From assembly GCF_001735745.1 (NCBI RefSeq), contig NZ_CP017260.1, positions 990,001 to 1,022,000 on the forward strand: a stretch of DNA of 32,000 nucleotides, given 5' to 3'. Both the position numbers and the translations under genes were made by a program. Numbering within the stretch: the first letter of the stretch is position 1; every line of letters starts with the position of its first letter. This document shows, in pieces, positions 7,837 through 15,785 of this stretch. Below the pieces are notes generated by a model. That model was not told where the DNA came from, ran no database searches, and worked only from the letters and a program-made list of their open reading frames with translations. Source of the DNA: Formosa sp. Hel1_33_131 (GTDB lineage Bacteria; Bacteroidota; Bacteroidia; Flavobacteriales; Flavobacteriaceae).

Positions 7837-9153
7837 ATGACCGTAAAAACAATTCCCTACACACCTTTCAAAGTAAAAGATATGTCTCTTGCAGACTGGG
7901 GTCGCAAAGAAATTGAACTCGCTGAAGCTGAAATGCCAGGCTTAATGAGCCTTCGAGAAGAGTATAAAGACAGCCAACCGCTGAAAGGTGCTAGAATCGC
8001 TGGGTGTTTACACATGACCATTCAAACGGCTGTTCTTATTGAGACGCTTGTAGCACTCGGAGCAGATGTGACTTGGAGTTCATGTAATATATTTTCAACA
8101 CAAGATCAAGCAGCCGCAGCAATTGCAGCCGCTGGAATTCCTGTATATGCATGGAAAGGTCTTAGTGAAGAAGAATTTGATTGGTGTATCGAACAAACAC
8201 TGTTTTTCGGAGAAGATCGCCAACCTTTAAATATGATTTTAGATGATGGTGGTGATTTAACCAACTTAGTATTTGATCATTATCCAGAACTAATGGAAGG
8301 CATCAATGGCTTAAGTGAAGAAACAACTACGGGCGTACACCGTTTGTATGAGCGTATGAAAAACGGAACTTTATCAATGCCTGCAATCAATGTGAATGAT
8401 TCGGTAACGAAAAGTAAATTTGACAATAAATATGGCTGTAAAGAAAGTGCAGTAGATGCTGTACGTCGTGCAACAGACCTAATGCTTGCTGGAAAAAGAG
8501 TTGTTGTTTGTGGTTATGGTGATGTAGGTAAAGGAACTGCTGCTTCTTTTCAAGGTGCTGGAAGTATCGTAACTGTAACAGAAGTGGATCCTATTTGTGC
8601 GTTACAAGCTGCAATGGACGGGTTTGAAGTAAAGAAACTGGAAACAGTATTGCCTACTGCTGATATTGTAGTGACGGCAACTGGAAATAAAGACATCGTT
8701 CAGAGCATTCATTTTGAAGCAATGAAAGACAAAACAATTGTTTGTAACATTGGTCACTTTGACAATGAAATTGACATGACTTGGCTAAATGATACACATG
8801 GAGCCAGTAAAGTTGAAATCAAAGCACAGGTAGACAAATATACTATTGATGGCAATGATATTATTGTATTGGCAGAAGGGCGTTTGGTGAATTTAGGATG
8901 TGCTACGGGACACCCTAGTTTTGTGATGAGTAACTCATTTACAAACCAAGTATTAGCTCAAATCGAACTCTGGACAAATAGAGACGCATACGGAAACGAA
9001 GTTTATATGTTACCAAAACATTTAGATGAAAAAGTAGCCAAACTGCACCTTGCTAAAATTGGTGTGGAGCTTACAGAACTCCGTGAGGAACAAGCAAGTT
9101 ATATTGGCGTAGAAGTTCAAGGGCCTTATAAGCCAGAGTATTACCGCTACTAA
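7837..9153 (+). CDS. ahcY: adenosylhomocysteinase
   Basis: Strong family pattern: [30 protein letters not shown]-binding [15 protein letters not shown] and the C-terminal YRY. The ORF track starts at a GTG at 7816. The ATG at 7837 ([15 protein letters not shown]) fits the usual N-terminus. Confidence 0.95.
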   Translation: MTVKTIPYTPFKVKDMSLADWGRKEIELAEAEMPGLMSLREEYKDSQPLKGARIAGCLHMTIQTAVLIETLVALGADVTWSSCNIFSTQDQAAAAIAAAGIPVYAWKGLSEEEFDWCIEQTLFFGEDRQPLNMILDDGGDLTNLVFDHYPELMEGINGLSEETTTGVHRLYERMKNGTLSMPAINVNDSVTKSKFDNKYGCKESAVDAVRRATDLMLAGKRVVVCGYGDVGKGTAASFQGAGSIVTVTEVDPICALQAAMDGFEVKKLETVLPTADIVVTATGNKDIVQSIHFEAMKDKTIVCNIGHFDNEIDMTWLNDTHGASKVEIKAQVDKYTIDGNDIIVLAEGRLVNLGCATGHPSFVMSNSFTNQVLAQIELWTNRDAYGNEVYMLPKHLDEKVAKLHLAKIGVELTELREEQASYIGVEVQGPYKPEYYRY

Positions 9154-9170
9154 TAATAAGACTTATACAA

Positions 9171-9201
9171 AAGCCAAAGCATTCGCTTTGGCTTTTTTTT
9201 T
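9171..9201 (+). terminator. intrinsic terminator after ahcY
   Basis: AAGCCAAAGC-ATTC-GCTTTGGCTT forms a perfect 10-bp stem followed by T7. Confidence 0.8.
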
Positions 9202-9231
9202 GATTAAAATTCATCTGATAATTAAAGAAAA

Positions 9232-9747
9232 ATGATGAAATTTCTACCCTCTAAAAAAGAATATATCTCTCTAATAATGCAACTCATTGGGGAAGCGCAA
9301 GCGTATTTGGCTGCGCAAGATATAGAGCAGTGGCAAAATGGATATCCCAACGAGCAAGCAATCTTAAAAGACATACTTAATAACGAAAGTTATGTTGTAA
9401 AGCTAGAAGACTCTAACCTCCTAGCTACGGCGATGTTTACCACCAAAAACGAACCAACTTACAAAAGTATTGAAGGCCATTGGATTACCGAATCCGATGC
9501 TACATACGGGGTGATTCACCGCATGGCAGTTGGAGAAAAATTTAGAGGCACTGGCGTTGCAAAATTTATTTTTAACCACTGTGAGCAGACCTTAAAACAG
9601 ACTTCCATTCAATCGATGCGAATTGATACTCACGAAGACAACCTTGGAATGCAAGCATTACTCAAAAGATTAGGCTATGTGTTTTGTGGAGTGATTTACT
9701 TAGAGAACAACGATAAGCGTTTGGCTTATGAAAAACTAATCTCCTAG
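9232..9747 (+). CDS. GNAT family N-acetyltransferase
   Basis: 171 aa with an acetyl-CoA-binding RGTGVAKFIF (R/Q-x-x-G-x-G/A) motif in a GNAT-length protein. Confidence 0.7.
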   Translation: MMKFLPSKKEYISLIMQLIGEAQAYLAAQDIEQWQNGYPNEQAILKDILNNESYVVKLEDSNLLATAMFTTKNEPTYKSIEGHWITESDATYGVIHRMAVGEKFRGTGVAKFIFNHCEQTLKQTSIQSMRIDTHEDNLGMQALLKRLGYVFCGVIYLENNDKRLAYEKLIS

Positions 9748-9758
9748 AATTTTGACAT

Positions 9759-9790
9759 AAAAAAAAGCCTCGCAATGCGAAGCTTTTTTA
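9759..9790. terminator. bidirectional intrinsic terminator (GNAT gene versus rpmA)
   Basis: The sequence is an A-run, then AGCCTCGC-AAT-GCGAAGCT, then a T-run. It lies between convergent genes and has one mismatch in the stem. Confidence 0.6.
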
Positions 9791-9806
9791 TAAAAGTTAA
9801 TTGAAA

Positions 9807-10067
9807 TTATGCCTCAAAAGGAACAATAGACACATAGGACTTATTGTTTCTCTTTTTTGCAAATTTCACTAGACCGTCCACTTTAGCATGAAGGGTATGA
9901 TCTTTTCCAGCATACACATTCTCACCAGGATTGTGTGCAGTACCACGTTGTCTTACGATAATGTTACCAGCAATTGCTGCTTGTCCACCAAAGATCTTTA
10001 CGCCTAGACGTTTTGATTCTGATTCTCTACCGTTTTTCGAACTTCCGACTCCTTTTTTATGCGCCAT
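9807..10067 (-). CDS. rpmA: 50S ribosomal protein L27
   Basis: 86 aa. [24 protein letters not shown]...IIVRQRGT is the canonical L27 sequence. Confidence 0.95.
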   Translation of the reverse strand: MAHKKGVGSSKNGRESESKRLGVKIFGGQAAIAGNIIVRQRGTAHNPGENVYAGKDHTLHAKVDGLVKFAKKRNNKSYVSIVPFEA

Positions 10068-10096
10068 TTTATTTCGATTTTAATATGTTATAAATT

Positions 10097-10633
10097 CTAA
10101 CTTAAAGCTGAAATTAAATCTGATTTTTTCATTGCTGAAATTCCAGAAATTCCTTTAGCTTTTGCTAATTCTTTTAATTGTGCAACAGTCATTGCAGATA
10201 AATCTTGAGCAGCTTCTGCTTTTGGAGCAGCAGCTTTTGCAGCTGGCTTAGAAACTTCTTTCTTTACCGCTGGTTTCGCTTTTGGCGCAGCAGCTTTCGC
10301 TGGTGCAGCTTTTTTAGCTCCTGAAGCAGCAATGCTTTCGATTTGAATTTCAGTCAAAGCTTGGCGGTGGCCATTCTTAACTCTATATCCTTTACGTCGT
10401 TTCTTTTTGAATACGATCACTTTATCACCTTTAAGGTGCTTTAAGACTTTGGCTCCTACTTGAGCGCCGTCTATAGCTGGGGCGCCAACAGTCACTTTGC
10501 TACCATCTGCTAAAAGAAGTACATTGTCAAAAGTGACTTGTTTTCCTTCTTCTGTTTGCAAACGATTAACAAAGACTTTTTGGTCTTTTTCAACTTTGAA
10601 TTGATGCCCTGCTATTTCTACAATTGCGTACAT
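10097..10633 (-). CDS. rplU: 50S ribosomal protein L21 with a ~75-aa C-terminal extension
   Basis: The N-terminal ~103 aa (MYAIVEIAGHQFKV...KKRRKGYRVKNGHRQ) form the L21 core. An Ala/Lys/Pro-rich tract and a helix-extension-helix-like end (LSAMTVAQLKELAKAKGISGISAMKKSDLISALS) follow. Confidence 0.9.
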   Translation of the reverse strand: MYAIVEIAGHQFKVEKDQKVFVNRLQTEEGKQVTFDNVLLLADGSKVTVGAPAIDGAQVGAKVLKHLKGDKVIVFKKKRRKGYRVKNGHRQALTEIQIESIAASGAKKAAPAKAAAPKAKPAVKKEVSKPAAKAAAPKAEAAQDLSAMTVAQLKELAKAKGISGISAMKKSDLISALS

Positions 10634-10696
10634 AGCGTAACGTTTTTTATTAAATTAGTTTAAATTAAATTCACTACACCAAAAAGTATAGCGGCT

Positions 10697-10704
10697 GCAA
10701 ATAT
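10697..10704 (-). promoter_or_regulatory. -7 promoter box (TATATTTG) for rplU-rpmA
   Basis: The minus strand reads TATATTTG, about 65 nt upstream of the rplU ATG. Confidence 0.4.
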
Positions 10705-10787
10705 AATTCTATTATCTTAATCTGCAAATAATTTTCAACTTATCCTCTTATTTACTTGGTTTGAGGGTTGACTTTAAAAAAAAATGT

Positions 10788-10795
10788 TACATTTG
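10788..10795 (+). promoter_or_regulatory. -7 promoter box (TACATTTG) for the M16 peptidase pair
   Basis: It matches TAnnTTTG about 70 nt upstream of the ATG at 10865. It is embedded in a perfect 9-bp inverted repeat. Confidence 0.4.
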
Positions 10796-10864
10796 ATGTC
10801 ATAAAATGTAACTTAGTAAGACATCCTGCGTCTTATTGAATAATTATAAATTAAAAATTAAATC

Positions 10865-12184
10865 ATGAAAAAATGCTTATGTTCTTTAGCTGCTTTGCTT
10901 TTGATGACTTTAACAATCTCAGCGCAAGAAGTTAAATTTGAAGAGTACGATTTAAGTAACGGTATGCACGTTATTTTACATCAAGACAACACAGCGCCTG
11001 TTGTAACAACTTCGGTTATGTACCATGTTGGTGCAAAAGATGAAAATCCAGAACGTACTGGATTTGCACACTTTTTTGAACACCTGTTGTTTGAAGGGAC
11101 TAAAAATATTCCTAAAGGTGAATGGTTTACAATTGTATCTTCTAACGGAGGAAGCAACAACGCTAATACTACCGATGACCGAACTTACTACTATGAAGTA
11201 TTTCCTTCAAACAATGTAGAGCTAGGGCTGTGGATGGAATCTGAACGTTTATTACATCCTGTTATTAACCAAGATGGTGTTGACACTCAAAACGAAGTTG
11301 TAAAAGAGGAAAAAAGATTAAGAGTTGACAACAGCCCTTATGGAAAATTTCTTGAGATGATCAAAGTTAACATGTTTAAAAAGCATCCTTATAAAGGAAC
11401 TACGATTGGAAAAATGGCGCATTTAGATGCTGCAACTCTAGAAGAGTTTCAAGCATTTAATAAAAAATTCTATGTGCCTAACAATGCTGTTTTAGTAGTT
11501 GCTGGTGACATTGATGTTGCAGCGGTTAAAGTAATGATAGAAAATTATTTTGGACCGATTCCAAGAGGTGAAGACATTGTTAGAGATTTTCCAAAAGAAG
11601 ATCCAATTACTGAGCCTATGCGAGCGAAAGCTTACGACTCAAATATTCAAATTCCAGCAGTGATGGCCGCCTACAGAACGCCTTCATTTAAAGACAGAGA
11701 CGCTTATGTGTTAAGTATGGTCTCAACCTATTTGAGTGATGGAAAAACTTCTAAGCTATATAAAAAGATGGTGGATGATAAAAAAATGGCGCTACAAGTT
11801 GGTGCTCTTGATTTTAGTCAAGAAGACTATGGAACCTATATACTATATGCATTGCCTTTAGGAGATGTTTCATTGGACGATCTTGTTGCTGAAATGGATG
11901 AAGAAATTGTAAAACTACAAAACGAACTTATTTCTGAAAGAGACTACCAGAAAATTCAAAATAAATTTGAAAACAACTTTGTAAGTTCAAACTCAAGTTT
12001 TGAAGGAATCGCAAATTCATTGGCACGTTACTATATGTTATATGGCGATGTTAATTTAATCAACAATGAAATTGAAATCTACCGTTCTATAACACGTGAA
12101 GAAATCAAAGCGGTTGCTAACAAATATCTGAATGCAGACCAACGATTGATATTAGAATACTTACCAGAATCCGATAAGGAATAA
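10865..12184 (+). CDS. M16 (pitrilysin/insulinase) family zinc peptidase, catalytic subunit type
   Basis: 439 aa with a signal peptide, the inverted zinc motif HFFEHLLFEG (HxxEH) and a downstream glutamate region (NEVVKEEKR). Confidence 0.85.
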   Translation: MKKCLCSLAALLLMTLTISAQEVKFEEYDLSNGMHVILHQDNTAPVVTTSVMYHVGAKDENPERTGFAHFFEHLLFEGTKNIPKGEWFTIVSSNGGSNNANTTDDRTYYYEVFPSNNVELGLWMESERLLHPVINQDGVDTQNEVVKEEKRLRVDNSPYGKFLEMIKVNMFKKHPYKGTTIGKMAHLDAATLEEFQAFNKKFYVPNNAVLVVAGDIDVAAVKVMIENYFGPIPRGEDIVRDFPKEDPITEPMRAKAYDSNIQIPAVMAAYRTPSFKDRDAYVLSMVSTYLSDGKTSKLYKKMVDDKKMALQVGALDFSQEDYGTYILYALPLGDVSLDDLVAEMDEEIVKLQNELISERDYQKIQNKFENNFVSSNSSFEGIANSLARYYMLYGDVNLINNEIEIYRSITREEIKAVANKYLNADQRLILEYLPESDKE

Positions 12185-12202
12185 TAACTAAAAGATCTAA
12201 AA

Positions 12203-14269
12203 ATGAAAACTAAATTATACATATTAATTGCCGTGTTTTTCATGTCTCTGGGAGTGAATGCTCAGATTGACCGCTCACAGCAACCAAAACCAGGGCCTGC
12301 TCCAGTAATTTCACTAGAGAAGCCACAAGAATTTGAATTAAAAAACGGCCTCAAAGTATTGGTTGTTGAAAACCATAAACTGCCAAGAGTGTCCTTTAAC
12401 TTAGCTTTTGACAGAGACCCTGTATTAGAAGGTGAAAAAGCTGGTGTTACATCGCTTTTAGGAGCCATGTTAGCAAACGGTACTACCACGATCTCTAAAG
12501 ACGATTTTAATGAAGAAATTGACTTTTTAGGTGCGCGATTGAGTTTTGGTTTTAGCGGAGGTTCTGCAAATTCACTAACAAAATACAGCAATCGTATGTT
12601 GGAATTGTTAGCAGATGCAGCTATGAATCCTCTACTTACTGAAGAAGAATTTCAAAAAGAAAAAGAAAAACTTATTGAAGGGATCAAGTCAGATGCTAAA
12701 AGTGTTGATGCAATTGCAGGACGTGCTGGTGGTGCATTGGCTTACGGCAAACAACACCCTTATGGTGAGTTTGTCACTGAAGAATCGGTTGAAGCAGTGA
12801 CTCTTGAAGACGTGAATGCTTATTATCAAAAATACTTTACACCCAACAATACGTATTTAGTGATTATTGGAGATGTCAACACAAAAGCCGTTGTTAAGCT
12901 TGTAAAAAAGTATTTCAAAAAATGGGAAAAAGCAGCGACTGCAACAACGGTTGTTGTAGAACCAAATGCGAATCCTGAGTCTTTAGAAATCAATTTTATT
13001 GACATGCCAAATGCGGTGCAGTCCAATATTTCTTTGACAAGCACTGTAAAGCTAAAAATGAGTGATCCTGATTACCATGCAGTTCTTATTGCAAATAAAA
13101 TACTAGGTGGTGGGTTTAATAGTTACTTAAACATGAACCTTCGTGAAGAGCATGGCTATACGTATGGTGCACGTTCTTCTGTTGGAACAGACAAATACAT
13201 CTCTCGTTTCAGAGCTGGAGCTGCCGTAAGAAATGCAGTGACTGACAGTGCTGTAGTTCAAACCATCAAAGAAATCAAACGCTTTCAAGCGGAGCCTGTA
13301 GAAGCGGATGCTTTATCAAATGCCAAAGCAAAGTATGTAGGTGATTTTGTATTAGCACTTGAAAGACCAAGTACGATTGCTCAATATGCAATCAATACAA
13401 AAATTAATGAATTACCAGAAGATTTCTATGCGACTTATTTAGAGAAAATAAACGCAGTCTCTATTGAAGATGTAAACCGTGTTGCAAACCTGTATTTTAC
13501 AGCAGACAATGCACGCATCATCGTCGTTGGTAAAGGAAGTGAAGTGATCGGAAATCTCGAAAAAACAGGCATTCCAATCAACTACTTTGACACCTTTGCA
13601 AACCCAGTTGAAAAGCCTGAGTTTACAAAGCCAATCCCCGCAGGCGTGACTGCTGCAACGGTGCTTGACTCTTACATTACCGCCATTGGAGGTCTTGAAG
13701 CTGTCAATGCAGTAAGCTCTGTAATGACATCAGCTAATGTTACTATTGAAGGAATGCCCTTTAAACCAACCGCGGTATCGAAAGTTATGACACCTAACAT
13801 GTCATCAATGGAAATGTCTATTGAGGGAATGGGAACGGTTATGAAGCAAAAGTTTGATGGTACTGAAGGCTATGCCGAACAACAAGGAATGAAACAACCA
13901 ATGTCTGAAGACGAGCTTGCTGAAAAAGCAAAAGAAAAAGGCTTATTTCCAGAAACTTATTTAGATGCAAGCACATTAACCTTGGTTAGCTTATCTGCTA
14001 TTGACGGCGTTGATGTTTACAAACTAAAAGTTGAAGAAGATGCTTATCGTTATTATGACGCTGCTACTGGACTTTTGGTGAGAACTGAAAAATCACAAGA
14101 AGCACAAGGTCAAACAATAACCTCTGTTCAAGATTTATCTGATTACAGAGAAGTGAATGGTGTCTTGTTTCCATTCGTACAGAAAATAACTGCAGGCCCT
14201 CAAGTCATTGGGATGGCTGCAAGCGAGATTGTCGTTAATGACGGCGTCTCTGCAGAAGATTTTAAATAA
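12203..14269 (+). CDS. M16 family peptidase-like protein, non-catalytic partner type, with a ~225-aa C-terminal extension
   Basis: 688 aa with a signal peptide. It has M16 architecture, but the HxxEH position reads GVTSLLGAMLANGT, so there is no zinc site. The gene lies 18 nt after the catalytic paralogue. Confidence 0.8.
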   Translation: MKTKLYILIAVFFMSLGVNAQIDRSQQPKPGPAPVISLEKPQEFELKNGLKVLVVENHKLPRVSFNLAFDRDPVLEGEKAGVTSLLGAMLANGTTTISKDDFNEEIDFLGARLSFGFSGGSANSLTKYSNRMLELLADAAMNPLLTEEEFQKEKEKLIEGIKSDAKSVDAIAGRAGGALAYGKQHPYGEFVTEESVEAVTLEDVNAYYQKYFTPNNTYLVIIGDVNTKAVVKLVKKYFKKWEKAATATTVVVEPNANPESLEINFIDMPNAVQSNISLTSTVKLKMSDPDYHAVLIANKILGGGFNSYLNMNLREEHGYTYGARSSVGTDKYISRFRAGAAVRNAVTDSAVVQTIKEIKRFQAEPVEADALSNAKAKYVGDFVLALERPSTIAQYAINTKINELPEDFYATYLEKINAVSIEDVNRVANLYFTADNARIIVVGKGSEVIGNLEKTGIPINYFDTFANPVEKPEFTKPIPAGVTAATVLDSYITAIGGLEAVNAVSSVMTSANVTIEGMPFKPTAVSKVMTPNMSSMEMSIEGMGTVMKQKFDGTEGYAEQQGMKQPMSEDELAEKAKEKGLFPETYLDASTLTLVSLSAIDGVDVYKLKVEEDAYRYYDAATGLLVRTEKSQEAQGQTITSVQDLSDYREVNGVLFPFVQKITAGPQVIGMAASEIVVNDGVSAEDFK

Positions 14270-14291
14270 TCTAACTTTACAAATTCTAAAA

Positions 14292-14321
14292 GAACCGAGG
14301 CATTAGCTTCGGTTTTTTTTT
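14292..14321 (+). terminator. intrinsic terminator after the M16 pair (overlaps the 3' end of the convergent EamA gene)
   Basis: AACCGAGG-CATTAG-CTTCGGTT (one mismatch) is followed by T9. Confidence 0.6.
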
Positions 14322-15193
14322 GCTTTTTTATTGGCTAAATAGATGCCACACAATATAAGTAAAGAGGCCAATCCTTGGTCCAATCCAAAAAGCTCGCCAT
14401 CGGCCAATCCCCAAAGGAGTGCCACTAGTGGCATTAAATAAGTCACAGAAGATGCAAACACAGGACTTGAAATCTGTATGAGATTATTGAAAATAATTTT
14501 CGCCATCACGGTTCCAAATACCGCTAAGATCGCCACATACCCTATCGAAACAAAAACTGCCTCATGCTCATAGGTTTGAGACGAGAAAAAATCTGAGAAA
14601 ATTAAGACCAAAAAAGCAGGAATGAATATCGCTATAAAATTCCCCGTAGCTATGGCAAGTGGTTTCACATCCTGAAGGTAGTGTTTGATTATATTGACAT
14701 TAAACCCATACATAACTGTTGCCAAAACAACAAAACCAGCGTACAAATAATTTTGATCGGGATTGAGTTCCATGCTGTTAAAGATGAGCATTGAGGCCCC
14801 AATAAACCCAAGCATCACGCCTAGCATTTGAATTTTAGTGGACGCAATCTTAAAAACAGCCAAACCTATTAAGGTCGCATTCAATGGTACCAAGGCATTT
14901 AAAATAGAGACAATTCCACTATCCACTTCCGTTTCTGCAAATGCAAATAAAAAGGCCGGTAGGAAAGTGCCAATAAATCCAGATAGAATAATCCACTTCC
15001 ATTGATGGTTGAGAATCGTTTTGACGGATTTATATCCAATCATAAAAATAAAAAGAGACGAAATAACCGTTCGTAAACTCCCCAATTGCAAGGGCGTTAG
15101 AGCGACTAAACCCTTCTTAATAAGAATAAAAGAACTCCCCCACACGATCGCTAATACAAACAGATACGTCCACTTTTTTTGTTCTTGATTCAT
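14303..15193 (-). CDS. EamA/DMT family transporter
   Basis: 296 aa with about 10 hydrophobic segments. It shows the two-fold EamA repeat pattern (WGSSFILIKKGL near the N-terminus). Confidence 0.8.
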   Translation of the reverse strand: MNQEQKKWTYLFVLAIVWGSSFILIKKGLVALTPLQLGSLRTVISSLFIFMIGYKSVKTILNHQWKWIILSGFIGTFLPAFLFAFAETEVDSGIVSILNALVPLNATLIGLAVFKIASTKIQMLGVMLGFIGASMLIFNSMELNPDQNYLYAGFVVLATVMYGFNVNIIKHYLQDVKPLAIATGNFIAIFIPAFLVLIFSDFFSSQTYEHEAVFVSIGYVAILAVFGTVMAKIIFNNLIQISSPVFASSVTYLMPLVALLWGLADGELFGLDQGLASLLILCGIYLANKKAKKNRS

Positions 15194-15256
15194 TTTGATG
15201 ACGGATAATTTTTTACAAAATTGAGTAATAAAATTAGAATAACACTGAATTATTTT

Positions 15257-15264
15257 TACATTTG
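15257..15264 (+). promoter_or_regulatory. -7 promoter box (TACATTTG) for the HMA-domain gene
   Basis: It matches TAnnTTTG and ends 23 nt upstream of the ATG at 15288. Confidence 0.4.
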
Positions 15265-15287
15265 TTTAAACACCTAAATAAAATACT

Positions 15288-15785
15288 ATGAAATATTTCA
15301 AAATTATCTTAACCTCAACATTTCTATTCGTTTTCTTTTTAGCTTGTAAGAACGAGCCAAAATCGGAAATCAAAACGGTAGAAATGAGTGAGGAATCAAC
15401 AAAAAAACTCGACCCTAATGCGACCTATTCTAAAGCAGAATTTAGTATTAAAGGAATGACTTGCGAAATAGGTTGTGCTAAAACCATTCAGAAAAAACTT
15501 GCCAGCATGGAAGGTGTGAAATCTGCAACCGTAGATTTTAAAAACGAAATGGCGATGGTCGAGTACGACGTTGCCAAAGCCAACCCAATGAGCATCACTA
15601 AAACAGTGACTTCTGTTTCAGACACCTATTCAGTAGAAAACATGAAAACCGTAGCTGAATTTTCAGGCTCTAAAATGGCCTGTAAGAAAGACTGCAAAAA
15701 AGCGTGCTGCAAAGACAAAATGGACGCACACAAAAAAGCCTGCGCTAAAGAGTGTAAAAAAGAATGCTGCGCTAAAAAAGCTTAA
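15288..15785 (+). CDS. heavy-metal-associated (HMA) domain lipoprotein with a Cys/Lys-rich tail
   Basis: 165 aa with signal and lipobox-like FFLAC. The HMA-like core is FSIKGMTCEIGCAKTIQKKLASMEGV...VDF. The C-terminal 34 aa contain 9 Cys (CKKDCKKACCKDKMDAHKKACAKECKKECCAKKA). Confidence 0.7.
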   Translation: MKYFKIILTSTFLFVFFLACKNEPKSEIKTVEMSEESTKKLDPNATYSKAEFSIKGMTCEIGCAKTIQKKLASMEGVKSATVDFKNEMAMVEYDVAKANPMSITKTVTSVSDTYSVENMKTVAEFSGSKMACKKDCKKACCKDKMDAHKKACAKECKKECCAKKA

